A DNA stretch of 58,432 bases, the filler included, from Platydemus manokwari (taxonomy: Eukaryota), in NCBI GenBank assembly GCA_037951405.1. It is 5 parts of 5 records of this genome, joined end to end, with 100 filler letters (N's around TTAATTAATTAA, not from the genome) between each part and the next. Parts side by side here need not be neighbours in the genome. Positions count along the whole stretch, not along the records: positions 43,967 to 58,432 come from JBBMOY011454753.1; 4 more parts are not named here. One strand, 5' to 3'. The first letter of the stretch is position 1. Each line of letters opens with the position of its first letter. Under the pieces are notes generated by a model. That model was not told the DNA's origin. It saw only the letters and a program-made list of their open reading frames with translations, and did not search any database. Of this stretch, positions 53,601 to 58,432 are shown one piece after another. The translations under genes and the position numbers were made by a program.

Positions 53601-56062
53601 ATTATGCATTTTTTTATGTCGAAACGATATTCAGTCCAAACATGCTAGCACAACAGATATTCAAAGGCCACCAAATCAATACTTTCTGATTATATAATGA
53701 TCTTAGATTGCATACACACACAGATTACTGCGTACACTAGAATGAACCAATGACATTAGAGATTGAAAGAAATCTGCTAATAAAAACCTTGACCATGTTT
53801 TTAAATGATTCTATAAAATAAAATAAAATTTTAAGCAACGGGTAAACACACAAAATATTGCCTATATTGTTGACTCGGGAAACACGGTTAATCTTTAATC
53901 ATGGACATTTTTAATTAAATAAAATCACTATTGTATAAAATTGAAGATGAATTTTTTCATTATTGTTGTAATTAAAGTTATAATTAATTTAGCATTGCAC
54001 CACAACTATATTACTTTATACTATTATAATTACCGTAGATATAAGACGATATAAGACACTAAAGTGTTCAGACTAAAGACTTCTGTAATTTACGTAAACT
54101 AATTTGAACTTAAGATTCACATATTTAATAAGTATTTTCTAATCAATAATTTAAATTAATAAGTATTGATACAGCTCATTAAGGATTTTAAGTGAGTTAT
54201 TATTTTTAAACTAAATTATTTAAATAATACTTTAATATGATCATGTGTTAAGCTGAACTGTTAATTTATAAAATTTAAAAATTCAGTAGGAAATGTTTGA
54301 TTAAAGACATTTGTAGCGGCTACCTTCGAAATTTATAATTTCCTATCCGAAAGTTTATATATAATAAATCTGGGAAAATTATTTATGTTGAAATGAACTG
54401 GGATAACACTGATGTTAATACCATCGATGTTACAACAATAAATAAAAAAATTTAGTTGTTTACCTAAACCTTACAAATAAATTATAAATAAGAACAATAA
54501 TATTGACTATTATAAAACAGCATCACTGATCTTAATAAATATTTTATATTTTTTTATTTATATTTTTATATTTATATTTATTAAATTAATATTCTAGGCA
54601 TCATTAAAAATCATATTTTATTTTAAATATAATTATCGTATAAAATGAAACATTTATTTGATAAAGATGCATTATACCTTTAATTAAAATGTTTGGAAGA
54701 ACAATATCTTTATCTAAATTTTAATATTTAAACCTTGATGTATTTTTTACGCTTATTGTGTATCAATTTTCTAGTCAAATGTAATTGTTTTCAAGGAGTA
54801 TTATATTCAGTAAGTAGCATTTATATATCTTATTAAGTCAAATAAAGAACGTAAGAATTGATTAAATGTGCAACTATTGTCAGTATTTAATATTCATGTA
54901 AGTGAAACTACGTTATGGTTAATTTCGACTGGATTTAATAAATGTTTATTTCGTGATCATTTATTACCATTATTTTGTGGTTATCAATGATTCAATGGTT
55001 ACAAAAGTTGAAAGAAAATTCCAGAGAACTTCTAGCTTAGTTTGATGACAAGAAATGCAGTAAAGTAAGATAAGTGATAAACTGAGAAATTCCCGATGTA
55101 CAATTGCTGTGTCAAATGATTGTAGTATTTTTTATAGACACTTTAGATCAAATTTCGAGATTCCACAATAATTTAAAATTAAATAATTTACATGATCTGA
55201 CACTAATTTCTTTTCAAATTTATTAATACTGATAGAATCGTAATAAAATGGCCAATTGTTATTAAGTATCAGCTTATTTATTCCGCTTTTCTTATTATTT
55301 ATGATTGCCAATTACAGAAAAATATGGATTTCTTTCTTTTCTTGAATGCATAGAAAGACTTCAAGATAATTATGTTTTAATTGGAATTAAAAGAGACTTC
55401 GTATTAATTCATATTTTACCAATTCCAACATTTATAAAATTAATTTTTTATAATTTTTAGAAATGTATGTAACTTTAATGATATAATAGTTAACTTGTAT
55501 ATGATAATTATCAAAACTGAATGAAAAAATTCAATTATTCATAACATATGGCTAAATCTTGTTCAATCCTTGTTATGAAAACCCAGTGTGAAATTAATAA
55601 TAAGCTTAGAAACAGATTAGTTTAGTAACAAATTAATTCATTAATTTATTTTGTATTTTAGTTAAATTTCATAACATACAAACCTTCCTTGATAATTTAA
55701 GATCTTATGTTTTGTATCTTCTTATGTTTTATCGCAAGAAATGTTTCACCAGTTATCAAAGAACCGTAACCACATAAAATACTAAAAATCACTTTTATTT
55801 AAAGCAAAGAATTTAATTAGCTAATTTTAAATTTATCTCCAAGGAAATTTCTTCAACCAAAAGCCAGATTAATCCTAAAATTTGAACAACGAAATTAACA
55901 TTAGAATATGGTTCAAGAGAAAAAGGCTATTTTTCAATACATGATCAGTTTTCATTTTGTGTCGATTATATATAGGTGTTTTATCATTTATTTTTATTTT
56001 ACTTGTGAAGGAAAAATTAATAATTTCTTAACAAGTTCCTAAACAGTGCAGATTTCAAACAA

Positions 56063-56380
56063 ATGCGACGAAAACGCAAGAGTATATTAAAAAATTGTTC
56101 ATCAAAACTAAAAAAATCCAGGAATTCAAGAAAAAGAATTAAAGCCGTATCATTCTCAAAGTTTCTTCAGATCTTTCCAATTCCTGGAAATTCAACTATG
56201 AACAAAAGATCGAAGAAATTAAGCACGAATGGATCAAATAATTTTTCATGGAAATTACAATTTTTCGAAACCCCATTCTTAAATTATGTCAACTCGAAAA
56301 CGAAAAACCAAGCATATTTGATGTCTGAACAGAATGTTTTACGTTATTTTGAAAATTTATATAATTCGTTTAATTCATGA
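56063..56380 (+). CDS. Candidate small PP1-interacting protein (SILK and RVxF motifs), possibly a terminal exon
   Basis: 105-aa open frame in AT-rich DNA with KSILK and KAVSF motifs, then WKLQF..P...Y...QNV. AATAAA lies about 50 nt after the stop. Confidence 0.45.
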   Translation: MRRKRKSILKNCSSKLKKSRNSRKRIKAVSFSKFLQIFPIPGNSTMNKRSKKLSTNGSNNFSWKLQFFETPFLNYVNSKTKNQAYLMSEQNVLRYFENLYNSFNS

Positions 56381-56899
56381 ATATTGATCATATTGCTTTA
56401 TTTGTTGAACTGTAATATTAATTTGATTCTTAATAAAAAAACAGTGGAATTGATATAAAAGATATTTTATTTTGAAATTACATTTTGAATTGAAAATTTT
56501 GTAAAAGATTTCAATATATTTGATACAAAAATGTGTTTTATCATCCTGAGGCGACTATTGCATTTAAAACAATAAAAATTGTAATCTCAATAAAATGTGA
56601 CTCATTAAACAAATAACAACATCCAATTGATAGTTTTATTAAATTTTAATTTAATATTAATTTTTAAATTGAAACATAAAATTAGAACTACATGAAAATA
56701 TTTTTGTTTTTCCGTCTATTTTATTACAAAAAACTTAATAAAATAACATAATGTTAACTAATTATAATTCAAGAACATTAACTAAAGTATAATAATACAA
56801 GTAGTAAAGACAACATGATGTCTTAATTTTATTAATTGAAAAACTGATTCTGAAGATTCATAAACATCTTAGGCATTTTCTAAATCGACTGCCATTATT

Positions 56900-57800
56900 T
56901 TATGAAGTTTTCCCCATATGTTTAATTGTTTTAGGCTTGGATTGTACTTAGCAATCATGAAACTCCTGAATGAAGACCTTTAAAATAATATCCGTTCTTT
57001 TTAATCTTTTGTGATACCTTCTTCACTTATCCTTCCTTCCGCAGAAAATTTGACTACCTTTTCTTTGAGCAAAGATTCTTCTTAAGTATATGCTCACTGA
57101 TGTGAACTAGTTTTCCGTATTGGATGATCTGGTCATGATGACTTAGTTCATATAGCCGCAACTCATACTTATAAAGTTGTCTTGGAAATAAAATATCGAG
57201 GGGTGATACCGAATAGAACATTAATATGTTTCAAATGACAAATAATATGGCGGGAATGAGTTTATCTCAAGGCAGAATATTTGTTGTCATCGTTGCCATG
57301 AACATACCTATAACTGTTCTGATCATTTTTTCGACTAAACCAAAGCTTAGTGTTGATTGTGAGGTGAATAAATTGATGTTTTAATCCAGTTCATATACTT
57401 AATTCTTTCATCTTTTTACCTTAAAAGCTTTTCCACGATCGTTGAATATCGATTTTGTGACATCGAACATATAAATTAAACCATCGATAATTGAATCAGA
57501 AATGCTTGTCTTGTATTGTTCAGTATGTAATATTAAACTTACCAATTTGCTGAATATATCAACAATAAGTAGCAGATACTTGGTTCTGATTCTGAAGGAC
57601 CTAATCTTAGAATTATAATTTTTTTGTTCAGCCAGTATAAGACTTAAGTTTTATACCAATATCGTATTTCCGAACTTTACGCTTTTTTGAGGTAATAGTA
57701 AATATTTAATATAACCAACCAATTTCTTGCTTTTGATGTGACATAACTCTTAATTAAGGTATTTAATTAATTTTTGTGACTGATTCTGTTACAACAATTC
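56900..57800 (-). pseudogene. Retroviral-type integrase remnant (Gypsy or Ginger-like)
   Basis: TKYLLLIVDIFSKLV...IYMFDVTKSIFNDRGKAF carries the first two D of DDE. Frameshifted and degraded. Confidence 0.55.
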
Positions 57801-58432
57801 GTTTTTTTCCATTGTCATAATACAGCATAGCTTCTTGAAACATCAAAGTTTCAAAAATATTTACATTTCGTGGTTGACAAGTTGACTCCAGTTTCAAAAT
57901 TTTTGTAACCATTTTTAAATAGAATCGATAACGGTATAAGACTGTTCGATATTTCTTAATCCATCGTTACTAGAATTTGATGTCCAGTAATTCACACACT
58001 GATCAAAGCAGGAATTAAAACTTTAGCGAATTCTTGTTTTATTTTAATACTAAGTCAAACCAGATGTATTATCAAAATTTTATGTTATAATTTTTGTGAA
58101 ATTAATAATTAGTGCATATTATAAATTATTATGTTTATTTTATTTTATATAAAATCACTAATAGAAATGTTCTTCAATAAATTTTTATTGCGAATAAAAA
58201 CAATATTTATAATTAATATTTAAAATCTGGAGGAGTAATATCAATACCAATGCAGATTTGGAAGTAATTTTATTTACAAAAAATTTGCATTGGGTTTAAT
58301 TTTTATAATATTAACAAAGCAATTATAAAGATTTCATTACCTAAACATAATTGGAAATTTCCAAAATAATTAATTTAAAATATTTTTAATCAGTTTCATT
58401 TCAATTTACTAATTATAAATAATTACTTTTTA

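Overview
Very AT-rich eukaryotic DNA with short (45-72 nt) GT-AG introns. The gene and transposon content is compatible with a freshwater planarian or similar invertebrate (inference). The window is not contiguous. Four artificial 100-bp spacers (44 N + TTAATTAATTAA + 44 N) join five scaffolds: 1-9031, 9132-17874, 17975-32380, 32481-43866 and 43967-58432. Host genes: a complete 5-exon BRD7/BRD9-like gene (14105-16516, -), isolated exons of a RapGAP-domain gene, ABHD17 and an UNC5 death domain, a small membrane-protein exon, and a candidate PP1-binding (SILK + RVxF) ORF. Much of the rest is transposon debris: hAT/Buster, mariner, two intron-containing Merlin copies, Ty3/Gypsy, LINE-like, and a Penelope-like remnant with hammerhead-like repeats. 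The standout is a decayed virus-like module at about 35.1-37.2 kb (-). It comprises a CRESS-type HUH Rep split by a 45-nt spliceosomal-type intron, a small Cys-rich ORF overlapping the Rep stop (ATGA), and a second, stand-alone E1/NS1-like SF3 helicase. This two-helicase layout matches the published description of the planarian extrachromosomal virus-like element PEVE, here apparently as a chromosomal fossil. All homologies are from my own translation and motif recognition; no searches were run.
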